A stretch of 64,000 bases of DNA from Octopus vulgaris (GCA_951406725.2 OX597819.1:65720001-65784000), one strand, 5' to 3'. Numbered from the stretch's first letter, positions 13,698 through 26,385 are shown. Program-made: numbers and translations. The notes: generated by a model not told the origin, from the letters alone.

Positions 13698-13783
<86 letters not shown>
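13320..13783. repeat. (TA)n array with direct and inverted internal duplications
   Basis: Marker CAGGTC at 13373 versus GACCTG at 13593 and 13673. Confidence 0.9.
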
Positions 13784-13786
<3 letters not shown>

Positions 13787-13831
13787 GTTGCCAGCATGGG
13801 AATAAAAACCTTCAAAGGTAATACATATTAT

Positions 13832-14370
13832 TAAAATTATAATTTAGGGTATCAAAGAGATACTACTACACTGGAAATAGCAGCCGAACTTGACTCTAAA
13901 ACCACATTAAATATTCATAAAGCACCAGGAGAGAAGACAGAGACAAAATAAACTAGCAAAAAAATGACTCGATAATTCCAGATTGTCTGGCTTTGTATAA
14001 GAAATGCTCTGCCGTCATCAGTGAAATATACTCAGCACATAAAAACAAATATATATATAACATACGAATACTTACCTATACGAACGTATACGTTCATATA
14101 TATGCACGTATGTACACGACCAGCTTAAATTACCCGCCTAAAACAGTATATTCCACTGATGAAGGCAGAGCATTTCTTAAGCAGAGCCAGCAATCCAGGA
14201 TCTAGAAATACCCAGTGATTTTTTTGTTTTTGTTTTTTGCCAGTTTATTTTGTTTCTTTGTCTTCTCTCCTGGTGTTGTATGAATATTTAATGCAGTTTG
14301 AGAGTCAAGTAGATTTGGCTGCTATTTCCAGCGTGGTGGTATCTCTTACATACCCTAAATTATAATTTTA
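13832..14370. mobile_element. Fold-back element: diverged inverted arms of about 200-225 bp, each starting internally near CTGATGA
   Basis: Arms 13832-14032 and 14145-14370 (TAAAATTATAATTTAGGGTA...TACCCTAAATTATAATTTTA); CTGATGA at 14156(+) and 14021(-). Confidence 0.75.
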
Positions 14371-14371
14371 T

Positions 14372-14439
<68 letters not shown>

Positions 14440-15174
14440 GTATGTATTTATATTTTGCTTGAGAATGTGCGGTTTATTGTTACATCATGTAAATATGCAC
14501 ATGAGTAAGCTTATATGTATCATTGTGAGTGTACGCACACACACACATATATATATATATACGTATAATATTATATGTTATATTATATTGTGTGTTTAAT
14601 AAATAGACAGAGAGAGCGAGAGGCGGAGAGAGAGAGAGATGTGTAAATATGTAAATATGCGTATTTTAATTTGCAGATCAATAACCTTTACCAAGTCCAT
14701 CATTTCCTTACGCAGCTTGAGATTTAATTATAAAATGGCTGCTTGCTTACTCGATGACGAGATTGTTTAAAATATGTATGCAACGTTGGTAGCCACAAAT
14801 AGATTTTTTTCGAAATTTGTCATATTTTGTGTACACAGACATATACGCATTGAGTGCGTGCGCTTCTCTCCGTTATTATTTGCGATCGCAAGCATGTGTG
14901 TGAATGTGGGTGCTACGTGAGAGGCCAACATGTTTAACAGTAAAAGGTGATTGACTAACTTCTTAATATTCGTCGTATTTTCCAGTTAACCCAAGGGTTA
15001 TATATTCGAAATTCTTCTATATCTTTCTTTTATCATGTCACTATTTTTATTTTTTTTCTCTCAATTTCCTTTTATTTTCTCTCTTGGTGTTGGTTCTGTC
15101 ATTTTTTTTTTATGTCTTGCATATTTTTTTCATTTTCTGTATCCATTTAATTTTTTCTTAGCATGTCGATATGT

Positions 15175-15560
15175 TTAAAATGCTCGATTTAAAACTACAC
15201 GGTTTTGGTTTCAGTCCCAATACGTGACACTTTCGACAACTAACTCCCATTATTGACCCTGTCTGACCAATAACTTGTGAGTTAATTTGCATGACAGAAA
15301 CTGTGTGGAATCCCGTCTTATATATATATGTGTGTGTGTACGTGTGTGTGTCTTTACGTTTGTCTGACAACATCGTTTTACAACCCGTTTTGGTTTGCTT
15401 ATGGGCCCGTAACCTAGCGGTGCAGCAAGAGACACCGATAGAAAAAACACCATGTTGTAAAAGACAAATTTTAAGGTCGATTTGTAGGATTGAACACTTC
15501 AAGGTGGTGCCCTAGCATGGCCGCTGTCAAATGATTGAAAAAAGAAAATGATAAAAGATA
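15175..15560 (+). mobile_element. SINE family B, diverged
   Basis: TTCAGTCCCA...CTTGTGAGT...GGTGCCCTAGCATGGCCGC. Confidence 0.75.
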
Positions 15561-15899
15561 TTTCTTCACCAAACTGTTTGGAAATAGTATCATTGAGAAC
15601 ATAACCTTTTCTGAAGTAATAAGCTGATAAATTTATTACTGTGTCTCTGTCTATGTAATTAGTTAAGTAACAAACACATAATTTCTTAGCTAATTCATTC
15701 CTTTTAATTAGAATAGTCTTTTAACAGATTGTTTTTTCTGTTGGTACGCCCACGTATTTAAGCTCCTTACATTCGATTAAGCAATAAACATTTTCACAGT
15801 TCGACGTGACATTAGAGTCGATGTCAATAGAATGGTCTTTTATAAATTCTGCTTCTCAGAAAGTAGAAACAGGAAATAAAAATGTACGATAATTTTAGA

Positions 15900-16052
15900 C
15901 AGGTGCATGAGTGGCTGTATGGTAAATAGCTTGCTTTCCAACCACATGCTTCCGGTTTCAATCCCACGGTGCAAGTGTCTTCTATTATAACCTCGGACAA
16001 ACCAAAGCCTTGTGAGTGAATTTAGTAGACGGAAACTGAAAGAAGCCCGTTG

Positions 16053-16055
<3 letters not shown>
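15900..16055 (+). mobile_element. SINE family B 5' half
   Basis: GAGTGGCTGTATGGTAA...GGAAACTGAAAGAAGCCCG. Confidence 0.8.
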
Positions 16056-16092
<37 letters not shown>

Positions 16093-16102
<10 letters not shown>

Positions 16103-16257
16103 AATTAAGGACTGAACACGAAAAGTGGACAGTCAACATGCTAGATATAGACGTCAAATCGTCCTTAATTGGTATATATAAATATTTTAATCTTCGGATT
16201 CTTTTTTAATATGCTAGACCACTGGTCTTAATTGATAAATATCAATTTCTACCCTTA

Positions 16258-16268
<11 letters not shown>
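16093..16268. mobile_element. Short element inside (TA)n with a 20-bp fold-back; 63 bp identical to 58942-59004
   Basis: TATATATACCAATTAAGGAC(16093-112)/GTCCTTAATTGGTATATATA(16161-180). Confidence 0.7.
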
Positions 16269-16305
<37 letters not shown>

Positions 16306-16317
16306 TGTATGTACGAC

Positions 16318-16467
16318 AGGTATTCATTTAGTTTCCATTTACCAAATCCCCCCACGAAGGTGTGGTCGGCCCGAGGCCATAGGGGAAAACACTTGCCCAG
16401 TGTTGTACGCAGTGGGGCAGATCTCAGAACCATGAGTTTGGGAATCAAGTTTTATCACACAACCACG
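16318..16467 (-). mobile_element. SINE family B 5' half
   Basis: GGTCGGCCCGAGGC...ACACTTGCCCA. Confidence 0.75.
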
Positions 16468-16939
16468 GTTGTTTGATGAGACAGGAATTACGTAAAATAA
16501 GATTTTAGCATTCCTTTTTGAAAGATACTAAGAAATGAGAAAATTTTAAAGAGTTTTGAGAAGGTTTGACGAATTTTGATGGTAAATATCTAAAACTGTT
16601 CCATGATAACATGTTTCGTTGAAATCTTAGTAATCAGAAGTATACAAAGACAATATGCTGTATTATATTTATATAATATGAAAGAATCGGAGTAGCGCTG
16701 AAGAAAACAATAAGCATACACGACTATACACACAAACACGTAAATACTCATGAATTCAAATATGTATACATACATATATTTTAGTTTATCTCCACATTTC
16801 GCCGAAGCCAATTTAGTTCTTCGATCAAATGAATTATCTGTCCCTGATTGAGCTTATATATCGATTTGTGTTCCAGAGGCATATGTAAATTTAACGTAAT
16901 CTCCAGGCCCTATCAACATAGAACAGAAGTTCAGAGGAT

Positions 16940-17086
16940 TTTGTCTTTATTTCTGTGTTCTTTTCTGTCGAAGAGTGTAGGCTCGAAACGTAGAAGACTT
17001 TTTCACTTCCCGAGTGTTAAACTAATACATCTGTTAGTTATTTACACACCCGTCTTCGTTTTTTGTTTTCTTGTAAGTTCTCACTA
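16940..17086 (+). mobile_element. Repeat of about 140 bp with a minimal hammerhead-like motif, ending in a TA-rich tract
   Basis: CTGTCGA-A-GAGT-GTAG-GCTC-GAAACGTA; homologous copies at 56805-56952 and 63345-63493. Confidence 0.7.
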
Positions 17087-17090
17087 TATG

Positions 17091-17160
<70 letters not shown>

Positions 17161-17688
17161 TGTATGTATGTGTGTGTGTGTATAAAGAGAGGGGGAGATG
17201 GCACATACATAGATAGACACACAGACAGACAGGAACACTGACGAACAAACAGGCAAAGAAATAGATATATAATTTATTCGTCCCCACATCCCCCTGTCTA
17301 GCCATCTGTGTATTCATTCATTCATACATAGTTACATATATACGATCGTACAAACACACATACATACATACATACATACACACATACATACATACACACA
17401 CACATACATACATACATACATACATCATATATACATTCATCATACCTACTCATATACACTCACAATGCACTCATGTCAAACTTCTGACCTTGAATGACAG
17501 AAACCATAATATCCACGATTTTTATTTGCTGTAATAACATCCATCATTCAGACGAAGAATTCAAACCACTTCAATCGTTCACATACATCATGCAAACAAT
17601 AAATAAATAAATAAATATGTATGTGTCTATATATATGTATGATGCTGTATGTATGTACATATATATATATATGCATGTATATGTATAC

Positions 17689-17729
<41 letters not shown>

Positions 17730-17814
17730 TGTATCTATGTACATATATAAATAAATAAATATATATATATGCATGTATATGTATACATATATAAATATAT
17801 ACTCTTTTTTTTTT

Positions 17815-18070
17815 ATTCTTTACTTGTTTCAGTCATTTGACTATACCGCCTTTATCGAGCAAATCGACCCGGATATAAGCCCAGTACTTATATATCGAAC
17901 CGCTAAGTGACGGGGACGTAAACACACCAGCAATAGGGGAACAAACACAGGGTAACACACTTATATATATATATACATATATACGACAGGCTTTTCAGTT
18001 TCCGTCACAAATCCACTCACAAGGCATGTCGGCCCGCTATAGCAGAAACACTTGCCAAGATCACGCATTT
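17815..18070 (-). mobile_element. SINE family B copy with many small deletions
   Basis: Collinear with 9432-9835 but with numerous short gaps. Confidence 0.8.
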
Positions 18071-18085
18071 ATATATAAATGTATC

Positions 18086-18164
<79 letters not shown>

Positions 18165-18192
18165 GTAAATAAATATATATATAAAATATATA

Positions 18193-18241
<49 letters not shown>

Positions 18242-19128
18242 AACTATAGCAACTAAATGAAACCTAATACGTTCGAACGTTTAGTTTATCAAAATAGAAT
18301 ATGTTTTTCCTGACATCAATTTGTAATCGGATTTTATCTAATTTAAAACCAGGGCCAGCTTCAAGTGATTGTGAAACTAATTCTTTTTGGCAATTCATTG
18401 AAATTCATTGGACGAAGATCTGTTGTTGAGAGAATGCGACAAAAGCTTAGAAATTATTATATGTTAAAAGGAGATCGTTTCGTAATCACAGAATAACAAT
18501 AGGGCACTTTCAATCCCGACTCTCTTTCATCAGACATATGTTTTCGTTTTATTTCCTTTCTTTCTCATACTTATGTATTTTTATTGATATATTTTTGTTG
18601 TTTTCTTTTATTTGTTTGAATTTTTGTTGCTATGGTAATAGATATAATATAAACTGACTGCATCTGTTTTTTCGTAAGAATTATTTATCGCTATTTTTCT
18701 TCGTTATATGTCTTTGCTGTTATCACTGTTGCGTCTTTTAGTTTACATAATTACTCTCTTCTGGACAGTTTTGTTTGCGTGTGTTAATGAGAATGAATGC
18801 GTGGGTATCGTCCTATTGTACTCGCGCACGTCTTCAATAAGTGATGTTGTTATCATCATCATCGCCATCATTTTTATCATTTAGCCCGTCGGGCAAAAAG
18901 CGTAGCAGCATATTTTCCGGTTGTTTACGTTCTGAGTGTGAATCCTTCGAGATAATTTTTTTTCTTTTTTGCATTCATCCTTTCAGATTCCCTAAATGAA
19001 TGTCCCGGGATCCATAATAATGACTCTTCGCTCTCAATCGTTTGCTGGCCTTGTGGCTATAACTAAAACCATAGATATATGTGTTTGTGGGGCGTGTGTG
19101 TGTGTATGAGTGTGTGCGTGTTTGTGTG

Positions 19129-19199
<71 letters not shown>

Positions 19200-19454
19200 A
19201 TGTGTCTGCGTTTGCCATCCACTGTTTGCTTTCTGGTGTTTTTACGTACACGAAATGCAGCGATTCGGCAGAAGAGACCTGCAGAACAATTACCAGGCTT
19301 TCAAATGAATAAATTTAATAAATTAGTTAATTAAAAAAAATTGAAAAATATAAAGTACGGATTAATTCGTTCGACTGCTAAATTCTTCAAAGCGGTGCTC
19401 CAGCATGGCCGCATACTAATGAATGAAGCAAGTACATAATAATAAACAAAATCC

Positions 19455-19565
19455 TTCTTCTCCTCCTCGCCTTCTTGTTTCTATTCTTCTTCTTCTTCTT
19501 CATATTATCATTATTATTATTAGTAGTAGTAGTGGTAATATTATTATTATCATCATTATTATTAG

Positions 19566-19619
<54 letters not shown>

Positions 19620-19695
19620 CATTATTATTATTATTATTAATATTATTATCATTATTATTATTATTAGTAGTAGTAGTAGTAGTAGTTGTTGTAGT
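19455..19695. repeat. (CTT)/(ATT)/(AGT)n compound microsatellite
   Basis: Directly visible. Confidence 0.95.
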
Positions 19696-21589
19696 TACAA
19701 AGCTACTAAGAAGACCCGGCAATTATACAGAGTTGCTAAGGAATGCTTCTAGCAGAGAACGACATTATCATAATCACCAACGCTGTGTCTCTCAGGGTTT
19801 TCCTTTCCATTTCCTTCTTTTTCTTTAACCTTTTCTTTGTTTTGTTTTTTTGCTTCTTTTTTTTTTTGCAAAATACATATTGCACGATCTTTATCGAGGC
19901 ATCGCGTTCTTGCACGAACAATGAAACACACTTAACTTCAGATATGCCAATCAAGCGAACTAGATTAGTAGAAGGCATTTAACGCAATGTCAACAACACA
20001 ATCAACAGAAACACACGAGCTGCTCAAGTAAGAAATTACACTTTCATTTTAATGACGAGGGAGTTAAAACTATTAACAAACCAAACAAGACAAATATATA
20101 GCACAACAACAACAACAACAGCGTCATTGCAATCATCCGCATCATTATCAACAGCAACAATAAATTTAGTAGCTGCAGCTGTTGCAGAATTAAGTAGGGG
20201 GGTCGGTGGGAAGAGTATGAATAGCGGTGATAGTTTGAAGTATAGCAACATATAAAATAAAGAATAGGATTACAAGATTTCGTTCGGATTTCGTGAATTT
20301 CAACGATTGTGATGATAATGACGTAAGGAAATAGGAGGGAGTTTCAGATTGATTGGTTATTAAGAAAGAAAACAAAATCTTCCCAAAGGTGCCGGGTATG
20401 GTAGATTAATTCAAATAAAAAAGGAAAAACGAAAGGAGAATGAGAAAACGGGAAGTGCCACAACGGGATTTATAAAGAGACGTCAAACAGAATGAGATTT
20501 GATTAACAAAAAGCTAATCATGGAATGAAAGGGACACAAAAGTCTACCATTTTGTTTCTCTTGTGAAACAAAAACGGAGATTTAATTGGCTGATGTTAGG
20601 ATTGAGTTCCCTAATAAATTAATGCTTGTTTTAATTTCTTTAACATCGCATTACTGCATTAAATTGTTAAATAAGGAGATAAATAAATAGATTGGAAGGA
20701 ACTTACCAACAACGTATGTGTCCTTGCAGTTTTATAAATCTGGAAAAAATCAACGATTGACAGACTCTGAAGAACTGATGACAAAATATCTTCTTGTATT
20801 TAGAGAAATACGTTTACGTTGTTCCATCAAATCACATTGGAGTTGGATTTAACTTTCATTCTTTTAGGATCAATAGAAAAAAATAATCAAATTGAATTGT
20901 AAGCTGATAAAAATTTTCAGAAACTGGAATAAATTACTATAGTGCAAGGAAGAAGACAAAGCTAACGTTTGAGATCAGATTCTATGCAGGGCAATATAAA
21001 ATGTTCACTACAAATATTCCTGCGCAAAGTGTTATATTTCCTCTCTTTTTCAATGCAAAATAATTTATTCCATTTAACGAGCTTGGTATTTACGATTTTT
21101 TGACACAAACCATCATTGGTTACCTTCAATTTTTCTTTTTCAATTTAGTATTGTGATCATATCATGTCACAAAATATAGATTTCGTGTGTATGCAAAATC
21201 AATTTCTTTGCATTTTCATATGAAAATATTTGTGTATTGGCCTATGGATATTCCTTCCTACCATGTCATTGCTGTGGATATATTCAGTTTTATTTTCTCT
21301 GCTTATATACTTTTTAGCTGACATGTTCCTATTGCTTTCATATTTCAATGTTGGTCGGTTTCGGAGCTATACATTGATCTTGTGAGCTAAAATCAGTTTT
21401 TATATTCCTCGTTTCAGATCAGTGTTTTTCAGATATTACCGCCTTTCATACTGGACCTCTTGTCAATATAATCCTTTTATGCTCAATTTTTAACATTTTA
21501 TAAAGTTTTCAAATGTAAAATTAATTTATATTTAGCAATTCACGGTTTTCTTATATATCGGTGCCGGTATGGCTGGTTGCAGATATGGC

Positions 21590-21990
21590 TAGGGGCAGGG
21601 ACGTGTGGTTAAGAAGATCGCTTTACAAGCTTCTGGTTTGGAGTTCAGTTCTATTGTGCAGCACATTGTGAAAGTAACGTTTTCTATAGCCACGGGCCTA
21701 CAAATACCCTGTGAGTGAATTTGGTAGACAGAAACCGCGTGGAAAACCCGTCGTGTATGTATATGGGGTAGTGCCATGGTATCTTTACCTCCCCACCATT
21801 TGGCAGAGTTATTTGTTTCGTCTAAATTCCCATAACGAGTGGGTTCCGCAAAACAGGTCAATAGGACACCTATAAGACTTTAACATTTAAAAGGTACTCG
21901 TCTCAATTTGCGCCGCTAAACCCTTCGAAGCACTGCCATAACATGACCGCAGTCCAATGAATGACACAGGTGAGAGATAAAATAAAGATA
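21590..21990 (+). mobile_element. SINE family B, diverged
   Basis: GTGAGTGAATTTGGTAGACAGAAAC...CATGACCGCAGTCCAATGA. Confidence 0.7.
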
Positions 21991-22234
21991 TGAAGAAATT
22001 CTAACCCGTTTTTACATTTTGCTACACAAATTGATCTAGATATAATCAACTTCCTTCCCCCCCTTAAATTTCTGGCCTTGTGACAAAATTTGAAATCAAT
22101 ATTGTATTTACCAACGACTTATTAATCTTGGATTATTTTAATCATTGTTAAAGCTTTATCTTAAAATCTCCATTTTCCCCTTGTATATATATATATATAT
22201 TCTACAAACATCTACCATATGAAACGTGCTTCCT

Positions 22235-22407
22235 GGAGTGGCTTTGTGGTAAGAAGCTTACTTCCCAACTAGATGGTTCCGGGTTCAGTCCTACTGCGTG
22301 GAACCTTAGCCAAGTGTCTTCTAATATAGCTTCGGTCCGACCAAAGCCTTGTGAGTGGATTTGGTAAACGGAAACTGAGAGAAGCCCGCCGTAGATATAT
22401 ATGTGCG

Positions 22408-22448
<41 letters not shown>

Positions 22449-23235
22449 AATAATGATAAAAAGTGACAACAAAAGAATGAGACCTCGATATGAGGTGAAT
22501 AGAGGATTATTTATAATTATAGTTTAGGACAATCAGTAAGTTGCCATTATAGAGTTTCAAATTATGACAACTTACAGATTGTCCTAAGCTATACATACTT
22601 ATATTCATACATACATATATATCTATATCTATCTTTATCTCTGCTTCTTAATTTTATGTTACCTATTTAATTAAAGACATTCCAGCGTAATCCATGAGTC
22701 TTCCATTGCTATTATATTCGTTTTCTTCTCTTATATATATATATATATGTATTTATATATAAGTATGTATGTATGTATATGTGTGTCTGTGTTTGTCCCC
22801 CAACATCACAGTTGCATAAATCTGTGTTTGGCACCCACCACCACCATTTTATTGCATAAATCTAATTAAGTGAATTTTAATTAATTTGCTCCTTGTTAGC
22901 CTTGTTTTTACACATTTCTCTGAACGTACATATGCATATGTTTATGTATGTCTATGAATTTGTTTGTATGTGTTTGTGTATGTATGTATATGATTGTATA
23001 AGTAGTATTGTATGTTTGTATACGTGTATGTGTATATGTATATATATGTGTATGTGTGTGTGTGTGTATGCGATGTTAGTGTGTTTACGTTCCCGTAACT
23101 TAGCGGTTCGGCAAAAGACACCGATAAAATAAGTACTAGGGTTACAGAGAATAAGTCCTCGAATCGATTTGTTCGACTGAAAGGCGGTGCTCCAGCATGG
23201 TTGCAGTTAAATGACTGAAACAAGTAAAAGAGTAA
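22235..23235 (+). mobile_element. SINE family B split by nested insertions (5' half 22235-22395, 3' parts about 22780-22808 and 23070-23235)
   Basis: Both halves match the intact copies; the intervening DNA contains a hairpin element and a locally templated duplication. Confidence 0.75.
22455..22595 (-). mobile_element. Collapsed fold-back element related to 8078-8310
   Basis: Inverted arms of 33 bp (about 22518-22550 / 22561-22593, roughly 29 of 33 matches) around a 10-nt spacer that retains GAAACTC on the minus strand. Confidence 0.65.
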
Positions 23236-23434
23236 CTTTTTTTGCATATTATTGCACAAATTAATGTAGATATTTGTATCACTGTGCTTTGTTGTAATTC
23301 TCTCTCTCTCTCTCTTCGAACCCTTTCTACGTCTGTAGCTGTTTTGCAGCCTTATCTCTCTATCTTAGCTTTCAATAATCAGTGGGTTTGGAATTCAATT
23401 ATAGTAGTTCAGGTCTTATTTAATATATTCATGT

Positions 23435-23785
23435 GGAGGCGCAATGGCCCAGTGGTTAAGGCAGTGGACTCGAGGTCATAGTGAGTGTTTAATGTGCGAA
23501 AACCCCTAAAGTTCCTCGAGACTCCGGCATTGGGTACTGGAGAACCCTGCAATACTCTTTCACCACGAATTTCTCTCACTCTTTCCTCCTGTTTCTGTTG
23601 TACCTGTATTTTCAAAGGGGCCAGCCTTGTCACAATCTGTGTCATGCTAAATGTCCCCGAGAACGACGTTAAGTGTACATGTATCTGTGGAACGCTCAGC
23701 CACTTGCATGTTTTATTTCACGAGCAGACTGTTCCGTCCATCGGATCAACCGGATCCCTCGTCGTCGTAACCGACGGAGTGCCAC
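23435..23785 (+). mobile_element. SINE family C (tRNA-like head; B-box deleted in this copy)
   Basis: TGGCCCAGTGGTTAAGGC A-box-like head; homologous to 50092-50472. Confidence 0.85.
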
Positions 23786-24353
23786 GATGTTACATCTAAC
23801 AGCAGTTTCCCTATTGTTATTACTCTGATTTCCCTACAGCACATTTCACTAATGTTTCCCAGCTCTGTATGTTAGTTATAATGTATCAGAGATTCCTCTC
23901 CTGCGTAGTTGTAAGTATGGTTCCCTGTCAATTCTACGATTTTGTTGCATAAATCTAATTAAGAGCATTTTAATTAATTTGCTCCTTGTTAGCCTTGTTT
24001 TTACACATTTCTCTGAATGTACATATACATGTGTGTTTGTATGTCTATGTATTTGTGTATGCGTATAGGTGTGTGTGTTTGTGTATACATACACTTATAC
24101 ATATGAAAGTATATGTATGTAATCATATACATATGTATACGTATATGATTGTATCAGTAGTATATGTATATTTGCATATGTATATGTTTCTATATATATG
24201 TTTGTGTGTATGTGCCTGTATATCTATGTATTTGTGTGTATGTGTGCATACATATACATAGGAAAGTATGTGTGTGCATATGTGTTTACATATATGATTG
24301 TATAAATAATATATGTATGTTTGCATATGTTTATATATGTAGATGTTTGTATA

Positions 24354-24404
<51 letters not shown>

Positions 24405-24797
24405 GTTTGTGTGAGTGTGTGTATATATGCATCTATAGATAGATAGATAGATAGATAAAAGTATTCACATATACATGCTGAGAAAGAGAGAGAGAGAGAG
24501 AGAGAGAGCAGAACTAAGTTGAGGCCCCATTTTTAGGCTCGCCTATGGGATTTTAATCTTAAGCCTATAATTTCAGAGTCTGCCATGTAAAAGCATATAT
24601 ATACATATAGTTTGTCAATAAATATATTTGATTTAATGTGTATCAGAGTGAAACAGAAACGCAGGTGCGTTAATGATGCACATCAAAATATTCTCGTTTC
24701 ATGAAATAGTGATGCTTACGTATGAATTGTTGTTAGACATGTTATCCATCATGAAACAGCGTGATTGGTTCCCTGCCTTGAGATTTTGGTTTCATTG

Positions 24798-25012
24798 AAG
24801 GCAGCGAGCTGGCAGAAAAACGTTAGCAGGCCGGGCGAAACGCTTAGCAGCATTTCATCTGTCTTTATGTTCTGAGTTCAAATTCCGCCGAGGTCGATTT
24901 TGCCTTTCATTCTTTCAGTGTCGATAAATTAAGAACCAGTTGCGTACTGGGGTTGATCTAATCAACTGGCCCTTTCCCCAAAAGGTTCGGGCCTTGGGCC
25001 TAGAGTAGAAAA
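24798..25012 (+). mobile_element. SINE family A, short-tail form
   Basis: Head, B-box, core and tail all present. Confidence 0.9.
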
Positions 25013-26086
25013 AAAAGTATTTTAATTTCATTGTATATGAGCTCCAAATGACCACAGTATGTGATGTTGTCAAAAATTTCGAAATTTTGTTATCAATTCA
25101 TGCCATTAAGTTTAAGTTAAATCAGCGTCACCTCGCTGCTTGTCTCTTTGGCTAAGATGCAGTCCAAGGTGAAGCACAAATCGTAGCTCTCCGGGGTTCC
25201 TAGCATTATTCCATCAGAGCTAAACATTGTGAGCGCCTGGAAGTTACTACTGCATTCCATTATGTGTTAGTGAAGATTATATAAGTTTACCATGTTGGAT
25301 AGTGATGAAGGAATTCCAACCACTTTTCGTGGTTCGCTACCACAACAGCTTCGTTATAGGATCCAGTGGCTAAGGACATCATCAAGAGGAACCACATCTG
25401 GTTTTGGCCCCTACTTCTCCACCGTTTCCGACGTGGCGGCAACCATAGACCCCCTTTCGGAAGTATCTTAAACCCTAGTGTTGAGTGCAATTTTTACCTT
25501 TTTCCTTTGCTCTTTTTCTTCTTTGGTTTCTTCGATGCAGTGTCAACGAATGTATGTGGGCGAATGACTACCCTGCTAAATTCCCCTTTAAATACACGCC
25601 GGAAGGCTGCAGCAGCCAGCGCCAGCTGTCACGCGACGCAATCTAAGCTTCAACTTACCTATGGAGGGGAGATGTACAGGGGCTTGCGTAGCAATTTTAA
25701 GTTAGCATTGCAAAGAAGTTAGGATTTCCCTATTCATATCTAAGTGCACGTATATTGTGGGCAATTTTAGGGACCCTATACCCTTGCAATCAGTAAATTA
25801 ACACTTGTTTTATTATGTATCTCCTCAAAAACTCTCAATTTTCTTTCACTTAATTTTGAATATAATAAAGAATTTAGTCAAATAACATTGTCAGTATTAA
25901 TCTGGTGTTTGAAAGTTAATTAACATGAAATTTGATGACAGGTTTTAAATTAGATTAGTCTCAAACAGATAGCATTTTTTTCTCTTTTTTTTATCAAAAT
26001 AAAAGGGTGTCTCAGGTAGATTGGTATCAAAATGGATACACATAGAGACATGAAATTATAGCATTTAATATCGAGGAAACAACGGC

Positions 26087-26289
26087 TGCTGCTGCTGCTG
26101 CTGCTTCTTCTTCTTCTTCTTCTTCTTCTTCTTCTTCTTCTTCTTCTTCTTCTTCTTCTTCTTCTTCTTCTTCTTCTACTTCAGTTACTGCTGCTGCTAC
26201 TTCTTGTCAAAGTTGTTATCGCTGCTGTTGTTATTGTAGATGTTTTTGTTGTTGTTGTTGCTATTCAACACTAAATTAATCCTGACCAC

Positions 26290-26385
<96 letters not shown>
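26087..26385. repeat. (CTG)n-(CTT)n, (GTT)n, (CA)n-(TA)n microsatellites
   Basis: Directly visible. Confidence 0.9.

Noticed and set aside
25140-25490. Possible RTE 3' remnant (PPRRKRWRSRGQNQMW)
   Set aside because: Resemblance too weak to call without a search
25775-26040. Possible degenerate MITE
   Set aside because: Termini too decayed to demonstrate TIRs or a TSD
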